Of a DNA stretch of 64,000 nt, positions 16,146 to 25,507 are shown in pieces; within the stretch, counting starts at the first letter, position 1; the number at the start of each line of letters is the position of its first letter. A program made the translations under genes and the position numbers. The notes below the pieces were generated by a model, which saw only the letters and a program-made list of their open reading frames with translations, searched no databases and was not told the origin of the DNA. Source of the DNA: Candidatus Omnitrophota bacterium (GTDB taxonomy: Bacteria > Omnitrophota > Gorgyraeia > Zapsychrales > JANLHA01); the NCBI GenBank assembly GCA_963662715.1, contig OY759724.1, positions 1,754,662 through 1,818,661 of the forward strand, read 5' to 3'.

Positions 16146-16157
16146 CTTCGAGGCTTT

Positions 16158-17417
16158 ATGAAGATTCCCGGAAAAAAGTTTCTTTTTGACATTCTTACCT
16201 TTTGTCTGGTTATAACACTGCTTGAATTGTTTCTTACCATAGTGTGTTTCTTCTCCCCCATGGTCAACGTGCTTTTAACCATGGATTCCATCTCGCCCAG
16301 CGTCCCGGATGAACGCCTCGGGCATCGTCCTAATCCTGCCCTGCCGGGGCACGACGATAAAGGATTCCGCAACGCCTCAGTGCCGGACGAGGCTAAAATA
16401 GTAGCCCTGGGGGATTCGCAGACTTATGGCGACGGTGTCTTTTGGCAGGATGCCTGGCCCAGCAAGCTGGAAGAATTATCCGGAGACACAGTCTACAGCA
16501 TGGCCTTCGGGGGCTATGGGCCCGCCCACAGTCTTATCCTGTGGGAAGAGGCGGCCCTTTTCAACCCGCGGATATATATAGAGGCCTTCTACTCCGGCAA
16601 TGATTTGTTTGATTCCTTTAACTTGGTTTACAATTTAGGACAGCTGCCAGAGTTGAAGACAGCAAATAAAGAAATAGAGTTAGAGATAAGAGAGATGGAA
16701 AAGGCGGAATCCGTCGCGCAACATGTTTCGAACCTGTATAAAATGGGGAAAAATAAAAAAGGAACCCTGGGGTATTATTTATCCCTGGGCGATGATTTTT
16801 TTTCGTCCCATTCGAATATATACGTATTGCTGCGCCGGGCTAAGCGCGAATTGTTCCGGCTTATTGAATCGGGGAAGACTGAATCGGATTGGGGTAAGGC
16901 AAGGACATTTGCCGAAGAGAATTCCGATTACTGTCAGGCTTTTGAGGACGGGCCGTTTAAGACAATCTTTACACCGGACTACCGGCTTACGGCCCTCGAC
17001 TTAGAAGACAGGCGGATTGCCGAAGGGTATCGTATTTCCCTTGAGGCTATAAAGCGTATGAACGAACTTGCTTTGCAGCAGGAAAGACAGTTTTTGGTCG
17101 TTCTCATCCCCACGAAAGAATTGGTTTTTAAAGAGCTTATACGGAATCCTTCTGAAAAACACCTCGCCCTGATCAGGAATGAGGAGCTGTTATGGAAAAA
17201 GGCGAAGGAGTTTTTCCGGGCGCATGACATTGATTTCGTGGACGGGTTGGCGGCCTTCCGGGAGATGCTCAGCCAGGGCATTCAACCCTACCTGGTGTCG
17301 CATGACGGACATCCCAACGAATACGGTCATTACGCTATTGCGGGATTGATTTATACAAAGCTGCTAAAAAACCGCGGAGATGGCGAGGCTGGCATCCGCG
17401 GGTTTCAAGATGAGTGA
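16158..17417 (+). CDS. membrane-anchored SGNH/GDSL-type hydrolase or acyltransferase (AlgX/AlgJ-like)
   Basis: N-terminal TM helix. SGNH blocks: GDSQTYG (I), GGYG (II), SGNDLFD (III), DGHPNEYGH (V). Confidence 0.5.
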   Translation: MKIPGKKFLFDILTFCLVITLLELFLTIVCFFSPMVNVLLTMDSISPSVPDERLGHRPNPALPGHDDKGFRNASVPDEAKIVALGDSQTYGDGVFWQDAWPSKLEELSGDTVYSMAFGGYGPAHSLILWEEAALFNPRIYIEAFYSGNDLFDSFNLVYNLGQLPELKTANKEIELEIREMEKAESVAQHVSNLYKMGKNKKGTLGYYLSLGDDFFSSHSNIYVLLRRAKRELFRLIESGKTESDWGKARTFAEENSDYCQAFEDGPFKTIFTPDYRLTALDLEDRRIAEGYRISLEAIKRMNELALQQERQFLVVLIPTKELVFKELIRNPSEKHLALIRNEELLWKKAKEFFRAHDIDFVDGLAAFREMLSQGIQPYLVSHDGHPNEYGHYAIAGLIYTKLLKNRGDGEAGIRGFQDE

Positions 17418-17568
17418 AGGGGATAAAATGAGTTTGGAGCAAGAGGTGTCTTGGGCAAAGACTGACCGGAGATATCTTTGGGTGGCGGTGATATCCGGAA
17501 ATTTTCCGTCGTTTGCGGCGGAAGATGCAACGCCGGCGGATGTGTCTGTTCTAAAAGCCTAAAAAAGC

Positions 17569-17964
17569 ATGATTTTAACCCGCTGTCTCATATTGCTGCT
17601 TATCCTTTCCGGGGGCATGAAATCCGCCAGCGCAAAAGAAGCCGTCTCCTGTCATAAAGATTATCTCAGGAAAATCACTTTTGATATTAACAAAATCAAC
17701 GATGACGGTTTGACCGGGCCGCCGGAGGGGTTGGTCTCCGTAGACTATGAGTTTTGCATACCTGCCGGCAAAGATTATGCTGAAGAAGTCAAGAGGATTG
17801 ACCCCAGTGCCGTCATCCATGAAAGTTCTTCGGGCAGGATAGGCTGCTCCCCGGAAGAATATCTCTGTATCGGAAACACGCACCAAAAAGACTTTAGAGC
17901 GGTTTTATGCCGGTTGGCCGGCTTGACGTATGTCCGGCGCATTGATATGTGCTTCTGGGAATAA
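17569..17964 (+). CDS. secreted Cys-containing hypothetical protein
   Basis: Signal peptide. 131 aa. Confidence 0.4.
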   Translation: MILTRCLILLLILSGGMKSASAKEAVSCHKDYLRKITFDINKINDDGLTGPPEGLVSVDYEFCIPAGKDYAEEVKRIDPSAVIHESSSGRIGCSPEEYLCIGNTHQKDFRAVLCRLAGLTYVRRIDMCFWE

Positions 17965-18202
17965 GCTTGCCAATCCGTGAGGACGGGCTTTTCGTCGTTC
18001 TTATCCTCCCTCTGTGCCCCTTCGGAGCGCTATTTCGTTTTTAAAAACAAGAATACATTAAGAAATGTCAGTTTTTGGGCGAGTCTGGCCATTGACAGTT
18101 CTTTAAGAGAAGACAATAATAGCCGTAATGTGCTTTCCCCGAAACTGAAACCGCCTTTTAATGAATTCTAATGATTTGAAACGTTTCAAGGGAGGAGTAT
18201 TT

Positions 18203-19243
18203 ATGAATTCATTTGGAAAGATATTTGAAACTTATGAAGTCCCGGAAAATGTGGGAGGATATCTGGAATGGGTTTCAGGTATTCTTTATATCAATGCATC
18301 AAAACAGCAGTGGAAAGAATACCTGAACGTCCAGGCGGGTGAGACACGTTCAGCCTCTCAACGTGAGTTGTGTCAAACCGTCACCCATGAAACCTATCAT
18401 TTCCTGCAGATCGCCATGACCGGCTATCTTTACAGGTTTGCGTGCAGGCTTTTTACAGGTTTCCGGTCACTTTTGTCCCCGCTATTGAGCAGTTCAAAAA
18501 TAGAGCAGCTGCTCTGCGATCCGCCGCCGCTTCCGCAGAATCTTATCGAACTGGTGAGAGCTTTGGACAGCCCTGGCCCGGAGGGGCTGACTGTCCGCGA
18601 TATCGTGGAATCCTCGGCCTACCTGTACGAACACTTAATGCATTATCCGGATATGAACAAATCCTTTTATGACGAAATTTTAGCTTCGTCTCATATCGGC
18701 CCGGAGTATAAAAAGGCATATTCTATGGCGGAGGATATCCTTGGCCCGCATGTCATGGACACATTTCTGACGGCATCTTTTATTTCTCTTTGTTTTGAGC
18801 AACCTGCCGGATGTTTTTTAGATGTCCTGAAGGCGATATCTGAAGCGGGGCCCGAAGAATTGGCATCAGGCTGTGATTTCAGCCGGATATTTTCGATCAC
18901 ACAGGAAGTCTCCCAAAGGCATAAGCCTTTAGGGCCGTCCGAAGAAGTCGCGGCAGGGGGGATGTCTCATCCTGTCTATACGCTGTCTTTGGAACTTATG
19001 AACGAGTCTTTGGGTCGGGAGCAGGCCATCCTGATGTTGCTTGCCCCCCGGAGCATGAACTTGTACGGTGCCGTTCTGGCCGTGCGGCCGGCCTTGTTTA
19101 AAGACCCCGCCCTTTGGGTCCCTGAAAATTTCAGGCAGAAAATGCCGGAACAGGATGATGCTAAACTTTTTATTGTCGCTCTTCTGGGGGCTTTTGCCCT
19201 CACCCTGCTTAACAAAGGGCAGGACCTTTCAAGATATAGATAA
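18203..19243 (+). CDS. HExxH-motif protein, putative zinc metallopeptidase
   Basis: THETYHFLQ (HExxH). GGGAGGAG RBS 8 bp before the ATG at 18203. Confidence 0.45.
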   Translation: MNSFGKIFETYEVPENVGGYLEWVSGILYINASKQQWKEYLNVQAGETRSASQRELCQTVTHETYHFLQIAMTGYLYRFACRLFTGFRSLLSPLLSSSKIEQLLCDPPPLPQNLIELVRALDSPGPEGLTVRDIVESSAYLYEHLMHYPDMNKSFYDEILASSHIGPEYKKAYSMAEDILGPHVMDTFLTASFISLCFEQPAGCFLDVLKAISEAGPEELASGCDFSRIFSITQEVSQRHKPLGPSEEVAAGGMSHPVYTLSLELMNESLGREQAILMLLAPRSMNLYGAVLAVRPALFKDPALWVPENFRQKMPEQDDAKLFIVALLGAFALTLLNKGQDLSRYR

Positions 19244-19332
19244 ACCGGGCACGAAGAAGTCTGCCCCGCCAGACCGGGGGCTGGCATGAAAAATTTTAAC
19301 GTTGATGACAAATAAAAACAAAGGAGGGGGAT

Positions 19333-20172
19333 ATGTCATTTTTAGGTCTTTGTGATGGGGATCCTTTAGTCACGGTTCTGAAGGATTTGTTCGGCTCAAA
19401 TATCGTCAAGGTCCCGGAAGAACGCATCAAACCTTTGTGCGTGGTTGCCAGTTCCGGCCGCCGGACAGCTTTCCGCGGAAAGTTATCCCCTTTGTTGGTC
19501 GGTAATCCGGAGTTGAATATTCAGATAAGTTCATCCAGAATGGCGGATTTGTCCGGTAAAAGTTCAAGGAAAGTCAACCTTGCTTTAGGGCTGGAAATAC
19601 TTGAGGGTTTTTTAAAAGGCTTTGGAATCCCGTCTGCCGGAATAAATTTAAAACTTCAAGGGGCTGAAAAAGTTTCGTTCCATTTTAAGAATGTTGTAAG
19701 AGATTTCCTTGATGTCAATGTCCTGGGAAAAATGTTGAGCGAGCAAATAGTTGATGAAGACAGTCCTGCGGCAAGTATATTTTTCGGAGAAACGGCTTAT
19801 GCCTTTTTGGTCATTGATTCTGTGATAACCAGCAGTGATTTTGCGATAAACCTTGAAAAGGGGCATGATCATAGTTTTAAATTAGATGTCCCGGCCATTC
19901 AGACTCTGGTTGCGCAAGCCAATGCCGGGATGGAGGTCAACACGACTACGGGCTATGACTTGATATTTAAAGGTCCGGAACAGCTGGCTTTTGCTTTTTC
20001 TTGCGTTAAATTGTATTTAGATCAGGCTGGGAGAATTACCTCCATGCCGCCGGCCGGTGAGATCCCGACCTTAAGGGTTTATTTCGGGAGAACCAAAGAA
20101 CATAAAATTGATTATTCTCCGGATAGGGTTCTGTTGAACCCTGAGCCAGCCATGCTTGCCTGGGATGAATAA
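19333..20172 (+). CDS. gasdermin-like (pore-forming N-domain-like) protein, candidate bacterial gasdermin
   Basis: 279 aa. By eye, ordered motifs resemble the gasdermin N-domain. IKPLCVVASSGRR matches QPYCLVVRKPSS. KVSFHFKNV matches RSFHFYD. KLDVPAIQTLV matches LSVDPNTWQTLL. N-proximal Cys7 present. Short C-terminal tail after residue ~245. Confidence 0.45.
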   Translation: MSFLGLCDGDPLVTVLKDLFGSNIVKVPEERIKPLCVVASSGRRTAFRGKLSPLLVGNPELNIQISSSRMADLSGKSSRKVNLALGLEILEGFLKGFGIPSAGINLKLQGAEKVSFHFKNVVRDFLDVNVLGKMLSEQIVDEDSPAASIFFGETAYAFLVIDSVITSSDFAINLEKGHDHSFKLDVPAIQTLVAQANAGMEVNTTTGYDLIFKGPEQLAFAFSCVKLYLDQAGRITSMPPAGEIPTLRVYFGRTKEHKIDYSPDRVLLNPEPAMLAWDE

Positions 20173-20517
20173 ACCCTGTCGGGCATTTTAGCCTTTGTCC
20201 GGGATATAAGGTCTCCCCGGGATATCCCGGAAACCAGGCAGACAGCCGTTGGGATCTTCAGGTTCTGCGCGGGTTTTCCGTTATTTTTATGGCCTGAAAC
20301 ATTTTGTCGGCAGCGGAAGGCCCTTATCCGCAGCAAGCCCTCCGACATTGAATCTTAAATTTACCTCTTACCAGAAGACCTTGTGCAGGGGGAGTTCCCT
20401 GAGTTTTTAACGCCCCGGAATATCCTCCGGGGAATAGTGTTTGTTATTGGTCGGCTTTCTGGTATATTAATTCTGTCTGTTATAAAAAAGGAAAATAAGA
20501 AACAAAAGGAGGAAATT

Positions 20518-20925
20518 GTGCCTCTATTAATATGGCAGGAAGATTTTAGTGTTGATGTTAAGGAGATTGATGAACAGCATAAAAAATGGGTGGGATTTAT
20601 CAATAGATTATACGATGCCATGATGGAAAAGAAGGCGAATAATATTCTGGGAGATCTTTTGAATGATTTTCTTGATTATTCAGGCACGCATTTTAAAACC
20701 GAAGAGAATTATTTCGATCAGTTTGGATACGCAGAGGCCGCCGAACACAAAGAGGCCCACGCCGCCTTTACCCGGAAGGTCCTTGGTTATAAACAGGAAG
20801 TCAAGGATAAGAATGTGTTTATTTCCATTGAAGTTTTGAATTTTATCAAAGAATGGCTCGTAAAGCATATTTGTCACACGGATCGGAAATATGCCGAATG
20901 TTTTCACGAGCATGGTTTGAGATAG
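20518..20925 (+). CDS. bacteriohemerythrin (GTG start)
   Basis: IWQEDFSVDVKEIDEQHK...HF..EE..F....Y..A..H...H......WL..HI..TD..Y. His/Glu/Asp iron ligands in hemerythrin spacing. AAAGGAGG RBS then GTG at 20518. Confidence 0.7.
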   Translation: MPLLIWQEDFSVDVKEIDEQHKKWVGFINRLYDAMMEKKANNILGDLLNDFLDYSGTHFKTEENYFDQFGYAEAAEHKEAHAAFTRKVLGYKQEVKDKNVFISIEVLNFIKEWLVKHICHTDRKYAECFHEHGLR

Positions 20926-21027
20926 GTCTTTTAGCACTTTGCCCTGCGAATCCGGAATCGCGTACGGACTTGACAGCTTTAGCCGTTTTGTGTTTTACCG
21001 CCGCCGGGATGGCTTCGGGGAGGAAAG

Positions 21028-21270
21028 ATGAAAAGGATATCCATAGATACTTTTGATAAGCTCAGTTTGTTGTTGATCGGATTTGTGTTTGGGTTCAGTT
21101 TCGGAGTGGCATTATCTGAATGGCATTGGTTCCCTGTTGAGGATGAATGGACCCGCATGGCCAATATCCCCCAGACGAAATTGAATTATGTGGCCCTGCT
21201 TTCTCCCGGGGTTGCGCTGTTGATGCTTTTATGGCTGCGCAGAAGATTTTTTGGGGGGAGGCCCATCTGA
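21028..21270 (+). CDS. small membrane protein
   Basis: Two hydrophobic helices. 80 aa. Confidence 0.3.
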   Translation: MKRISIDTFDKLSLLLIGFVFGFSFGVALSEWHWFPVEDEWTRMANIPQTKLNYVALLSPGVALLMLLWLRRRFFGGRPI

Positions 21271-21394
21271 TTTCCTGATGCTCCGTCAGGGAAAGCGGAA
21301 CATGCCCCGCGCGCGAAAGGGCTGGTAAACAGCAAGGGGGAGGCCAGGATGTCCGGTTATGGATAATTTAAATGATTAAGAAGGGAGTTTTTTT

Positions 21395-21970
21395 ATGCGA
21401 CATGGTGTCAAAATTCAAGTTGTTTTATTTTCCTTGATCCTCGGGGCCATGGCTGTTTTTCCGCTGTCTGCCGTGTCTCAGGATAATGAGAAATCTTTGA
21501 AGATCAGCGGATTTACTAATAAGAACATTGTTGAAAATGGTCAACCGAACGGCCCGTTAACCATGGTTTTTGAAAGCCATTCCGGTTCTGCGTTCATTGC
21601 CCAAAAAGACATTGCCGCGAGTGCGGAAGGGCAGCCGATGTCAGGGACGGTCGCCATCGCTGAACCCGATAAAGAGTCGCAGGAAATTGTTGTCCTTGAT
21701 CTGGATGCCGGGAAACTGTCCGGGACGAAATACGCTGATGTCAAACTGGTCATTCAATCGGACGGCCGAAACGGCAGACCGCTCGTTGGAGAAGGAGCCA
21801 CCTATATTATAAAAATAAACAAAGAGAAAGTCCGTCTGGGCGACTACTTTCTGAGTTCGTCAGGGGCAGAACAATGGGTGCGGGTCAAAATGCGCGGCCC
21901 GTCCGCACCCCCGGAGGTTGATTCTGATCAGGTCACCGTAACAAAGCGGGAAGAAACAGAGAATCTCTAA
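21395..21970 (+). CDS. secreted hypothetical protein
   Basis: Signal peptide. RBS AAGGGAG. Confidence 0.4.
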   Translation: MRHGVKIQVVLFSLILGAMAVFPLSAVSQDNEKSLKISGFTNKNIVENGQPNGPLTMVFESHSGSAFIAQKDIAASAEGQPMSGTVAIAEPDKESQEIVVLDLDAGKLSGTKYADVKLVIQSDGRNGRPLVGEGATYIIKINKEKVRLGDYFLSSSGAEQWVRVKMRGPSAPPEVDSDQVTVTKREETENL

Positions 21971-22057
21971 ATAATGCAGGAAAAACAGAAACGATAAATA
22001 ATGGAGAAGCGGCAGTTGATCCGGGGTCCCGGATGCCGCTTTTACAAGGAGACTGTT

Positions 22058-22420
22058 ATGGCCAAATTCATTGAGACTCCTTCGGAAATAAAAGCCTGCG
22101 GAAACAAAGAAAAAGTCATTAAAGAGTTTATCGGGAACGTTAACAGCGGGACAGCAACAATAAGTATCGCTAAAATGGACAGCCCCCAGGGGTGGGAAGA
22201 GCCGGGGCAGACACCCCAATTCGATGAATATGCAGTTGTATTAAAGGGGGTTTTAAAGGCGGAAACGCAAAAGGAATCATTTGACATTAAAGCCGGACAG
22301 GCGTTTATTGCAGAAAAAAATGAATGGGTCAGGTACAGCACTCCTTATGAAGGAGGGGCGGAATATCTTGCCGTTTGTCTTCCTGCCTTTAGTCCCGGAC
22401 TGGTTAGTCGAGATAGATGA
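22058..22420 (+). CDS. cupin-domain protein
   Basis: Cupin-like G(x)5HxH-less small barrel pattern (FDEYAVVLKG...AGQAFIAEKNEWVRY). Internal ATG after GGAG. Confidence 0.45.
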   Translation: MAKFIETPSEIKACGNKEKVIKEFIGNVNSGTATISIAKMDSPQGWEEPGQTPQFDEYAVVLKGVLKAETQKESFDIKAGQAFIAEKNEWVRYSTPYEGGAEYLAVCLPAFSPGLVSRDR

Positions 22421-22536
22421 TAGAAATATCCTGAGGGCCGGGAAATTTTGATATATAAATAAATTCTGCGCTAATTTGCGCTTTTAACAGCGCAGGGCTG
22501 ATGCGTTTTTGTGTCAGAATAACGAAGGAGAATTTT

Positions 22537-23229
22537 ATGAAAAAACAAACGACGCTGATATTGAGTTTGCTGGCGGTCATCTGTTTATTAAACCCGGCCT
22601 TTGCGCAAGACCCGGAACAGCCTTTACGGGAAGACGGGGTTTGCTTGGCCCGGATATTGAAGAGTCCCGGAGCAGTGCTTGTCCGGGAATCCCATGAATT
22701 GGACAGGATCGTTCCTGTTAATGGGGAAACTATTAAATCGGAAATTTTGATCGTCAGGCGTCTCTTGGATCCGTCAACCGAAAACGAGGATTGTTGTGCC
22801 GGTCTTGTCTTTGAAATAGAGGAAAAACACCAGATACGCAGAATTTCTTTGGAAGGGGATGAAATAAATGCCTTTTTGGCGGCATTGGCTCTGTTGGAAA
22901 AGGAGGGTGAGAAAATTATGACGTCTCCCAAGCTCACTCTCCCGGAAGAATTGTCCCATGATATGGAAGTCCATTTTTTAACCAGAGAGGGGCTGATGCT
23001 GGGGGTATTTGCGAGCGGAGACTCATGGAAATATGCCGTAAAGACGTCCGCGGTTTCTGATTGGTCTTTTTTAAATAAAACGGCCATGAAAACTCTTGTT
23101 GAAAATTTGAAAGTGGCCAAACAGGTCATAGAGGCCTTGGGCCCCAAAGATGCCGGTGAGGCTGCCGTCGGGCAACAGGAGCCGGCGCCGGCAGACAGTG
23201 GCGGTCTGCCCGAGACAGGGGAAGAATAG
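22537..23229 (+). CDS. secreted hypothetical protein
   Basis: Signal peptide MKKQTTLILSLLAVICLLNPAFA. RBS AAGGAG. Confidence 0.4.
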   Translation: MKKQTTLILSLLAVICLLNPAFAQDPEQPLREDGVCLARILKSPGAVLVRESHELDRIVPVNGETIKSEILIVRRLLDPSTENEDCCAGLVFEIEEKHQIRRISLEGDEINAFLAALALLEKEGEKIMTSPKLTLPEELSHDMEVHFLTREGLMLGVFASGDSWKYAVKTSAVSDWSFLNKTAMKTLVENLKVAKQVIEALGPKDAGEAAVGQQEPAPADSGGLPETGEE

Positions 23230-23362
23230 CGGTTCGCTGGCTGTGCTTTAAAACTCCGCGCCTCATAATCATCGGAGAAAGTCCGTCCGGGCGGACTGTT
23301 CGTATAAGATATCTGTCCGTGGGTGAGGCGTATATGAAAGGATTTGCGTCGTTAAAAGAACC

Positions 23363-23833
23363 TTGGTGATATTATTTATTTTGTTTTCCTGCGTAGGCTG
23401 CGATCAGCTGACAAAAGCCATTGCCAGACAAAATGTCCCCAAAACAGGATGTATAAGCCTGGCCAATGATCTGTTCAGGTTTCAGTACGCAGAAAATCCG
23501 GGAGCGTTCTTAAGTGTCGGGGCGGATATCCCCGAAACGTTACGTTTCTCGGTTTTTATCCTTTTGCTGGGAACAGCTCTTCTGGGCATGTTGGTCTATA
23601 TTTTGAGAACCCGTCATTTTTCTGAAGCACAAGTTATAGCCCTGGCTTTTATCCTCAGCGGCGGTTTCGGTAACTTGCTCGACCGGATTTATAACGAAGG
23701 GCGGGTCATTGATTTTATGAATTGCGGGATCGGCCAGCTGCGAACGGGCGTTTTTAACGTGGCTGACATGGCCATTACATTTGGTGCTGTTGGTTTCTTT
23801 GTCGTTTCCCTCAAGACGCCAAAAGAAGAGTGA
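23363..23833 (+). CDS. lspA: lipoprotein signal peptidase II paralog
   Basis: Conserved LspA blocks NPGAFLSVG, FGNLLDRI, VIDFM and FNVADMAITFG. Confidence 0.6.
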   Translation: MVILFILFSCVGCDQLTKAIARQNVPKTGCISLANDLFRFQYAENPGAFLSVGADIPETLRFSVFILLLGTALLGMLVYILRTRHFSEAQVIALAFILSGGFGNLLDRIYNEGRVIDFMNCGIGQLRTGVFNVADMAITFGAVGFFVVSLKTPKEE

Positions 23834-23882
23834 TGTTCCCTGTCCCGGATCACTACGGCATTTGTCCTTGGAGGAATAATGT

Positions 23883-24437
23883 ATGGAAAAACATATCTGT
23901 CCCGTATGGATCGGTTATCTTCTCTTGAGTCCCTTGAGAAAGCTGTCCCAGAATCCCGAGAAAATTCTGCGGCCGTATATCCGCGAAAACATGACGGTCC
24001 TTGATGCCGGGTGCGCCATGGGTTTTTTTAGCCTGCCGGCAGCCAGAATGGTGGGGGCCGCCGGGAAGGTTGTCTGTGTTGATCTGCAGGAAGGGATGAT
24101 TAAAGGCCTCAGAAAACGGGCGGCAAAATCCGGCTTGTTACCGCGTGTTGAAACCCGTCTGTGCCGGGAAAGTTCCCTGGGGCTTGATGACCTGCAAGAA
24201 AAGGTTGACTTCGCTTTTGCTGTCGCCGTAGTGCATGAAGTTCCAGATGCCGCGGCTTTCTTTTCGGAAATATATTCCGCCTTGAAGCCGGGAGGCCGTT
24301 TGTTGATGATCGAACCCAAACGTCACGTCCCGGAAGAAGAATTCGAAAGAAGCATACAGACCGCTCAGGAGCAGGGTTTTGTTGTCATGGAAAATTCAAG
24401 GGCGCGGGAGGGCAGCGTGGCGGTCTTTAAGAAATAG
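23883..24437 (+). CDS. class I SAM-dependent methyltransferase
   Basis: Motif I VLDAGCAMGFF. Post-I acidic residue VDLQ. Motif LKPGGRLLMIE. Confidence 0.65.
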   Translation: MEKHICPVWIGYLLLSPLRKLSQNPEKILRPYIRENMTVLDAGCAMGFFSLPAARMVGAAGKVVCVDLQEGMIKGLRKRAAKSGLLPRVETRLCRESSLGLDDLQEKVDFAFAVAVVHEVPDAAAFFSEIYSALKPGGRLLMIEPKRHVPEEEFERSIQTAQEQGFVVMENSRAREGSVAVFKK

Positions 24438-24666
24438 ATTTTTTTGTTCCTGTGGCGGACTAAGGATGAATTGTCTGAAAAGTTTCAGCGATGGCCTTGG
24501 AAAAAATCACTAATCATTATTGACGAATATGCCGGGGGAATAGTATTTTAAATAAAGGTGTTTTGGGAATGCCGGAAATTTTTCCGGAAGGTTTCCTGCC
24601 TTTTGGCCCCATATGTCAGGAGGGTTGACGAGGAGTGTTAACCCTAAATTTTGAGGAGGAGAGCGT

Positions 24667-25068
24667 ATGATTTTGTCAGAGAATGATTATGTCCTTATCT
24701 CGATTGATGAAAGCGTTCCCTGCTTGGAATGGATAGGCAAGAAAGGGTTTGTCCCTTCGGAAGAATTCCGTTTGTCTGAAGAGGAGAGCCTGAAATTTTA
24801 TCGTCAATATAAAAAACAATACCCTGCAATACAATGGTTTGTTGATGCCCGTTTTATCGAGACGGTCTCCCCGCATGACACTCAATGGTTGATTGATGAG
24901 ATCCTGCCGCTATTCGCCGCCGCTGGTCTGACCAAAGAAGCTTTTGTGGCTCCTGCCAGTGCTTTAGGAAAAATGACGGTTAACCACTATAAAACAACGG
25001 CTGGCCAGGTCATAGAAATCCAGACATTTGATTCCGTGGATGCCGCAAAAGCCTGGCTGAAAGCTTAA
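24667..25068 (+). CDS. hypothetical protein (STAS-like C-terminus, distant relative of cassette paralogs?)
   Basis: C-terminus ...QTFDSVDAAKAWL resembles ...VFD..DEAVEWL of 12906 and 13913. Confidence 0.35.
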   Translation: MILSENDYVLISIDESVPCLEWIGKKGFVPSEEFRLSEEESLKFYRQYKKQYPAIQWFVDARFIETVSPHDTQWLIDEILPLFAAAGLTKEAFVAPASALGKMTVNHYKTTAGQVIEIQTFDSVDAAKAWLKA

Positions 25069-25507
25069 CAGGATTGCGCGCTTGCCGCCTAGCTGTCGCT
25101 GGTCGCGGAAGGCGTCCTTTGTTACAGGGGCCCCCGCAGGGCCGAAAGAGCCGAGCGATGCCTGTATGGAGCGGAGGATAGCTTTGTTTTATGCTCCGCG
25201 GGCCGGCTAATTTTGTGAAAAGAAGAAAGGGTCGAAAAAAATGGCAGGACAACGTATAATAAAAAGGTAAAAGGAGCAGGATTTGCCTCCCGCTTAGGCG
25301 GGGCCTTTGAGGTTTTCCCCCTGGCTTTATCTCGGGGTTTAAGGATGGGAATGCTATTTAAAAATATCCGAACTTTATGCCTGAGACCGGCTCCAAGAAG
25401 AATAAATGAGGCGGCCTGTCCCGTGTCGGTTTCGGAAAGTTCAGTATATATATCTAAAAATAGCCTGTTCCCCCTGCGCTTGTCCGGTGCAGGGGGGGAA
25501 ATAAGAG

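Larger units (their letters stand above)
1..16150 (+). other. Integron gene-cassette array, distal part (about 20 cassettes; intI and attI not in window)
   Basis: Co-directional small ORFs are separated by 60-95 bp imperfect inverted-repeat elements. These begin with RYYYAAC-like (often TAACAA) and end with GTTRRRY-like cores. Several subfamilies have near-identical internal arms. Cassettes are AT-rich relative to the backbone. Confidence 0.8.

Noticed and set aside
16723-17281. Internal and antisense ORFs within the SGNH hydrolase gene (16723-17004, 16979-17281)
   Set aside because: They are fully embedded in a longer ORF that has coherent SGNH motifs. The high GC inflates spurious ORFs.
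20383-20517. 45-codon extension upstream of the hemerythrin
   Set aside because: A strong RBS plus GTG at 20518 coincides with the start of the conserved hemerythrin domain. The upstream stretch has no coding features.
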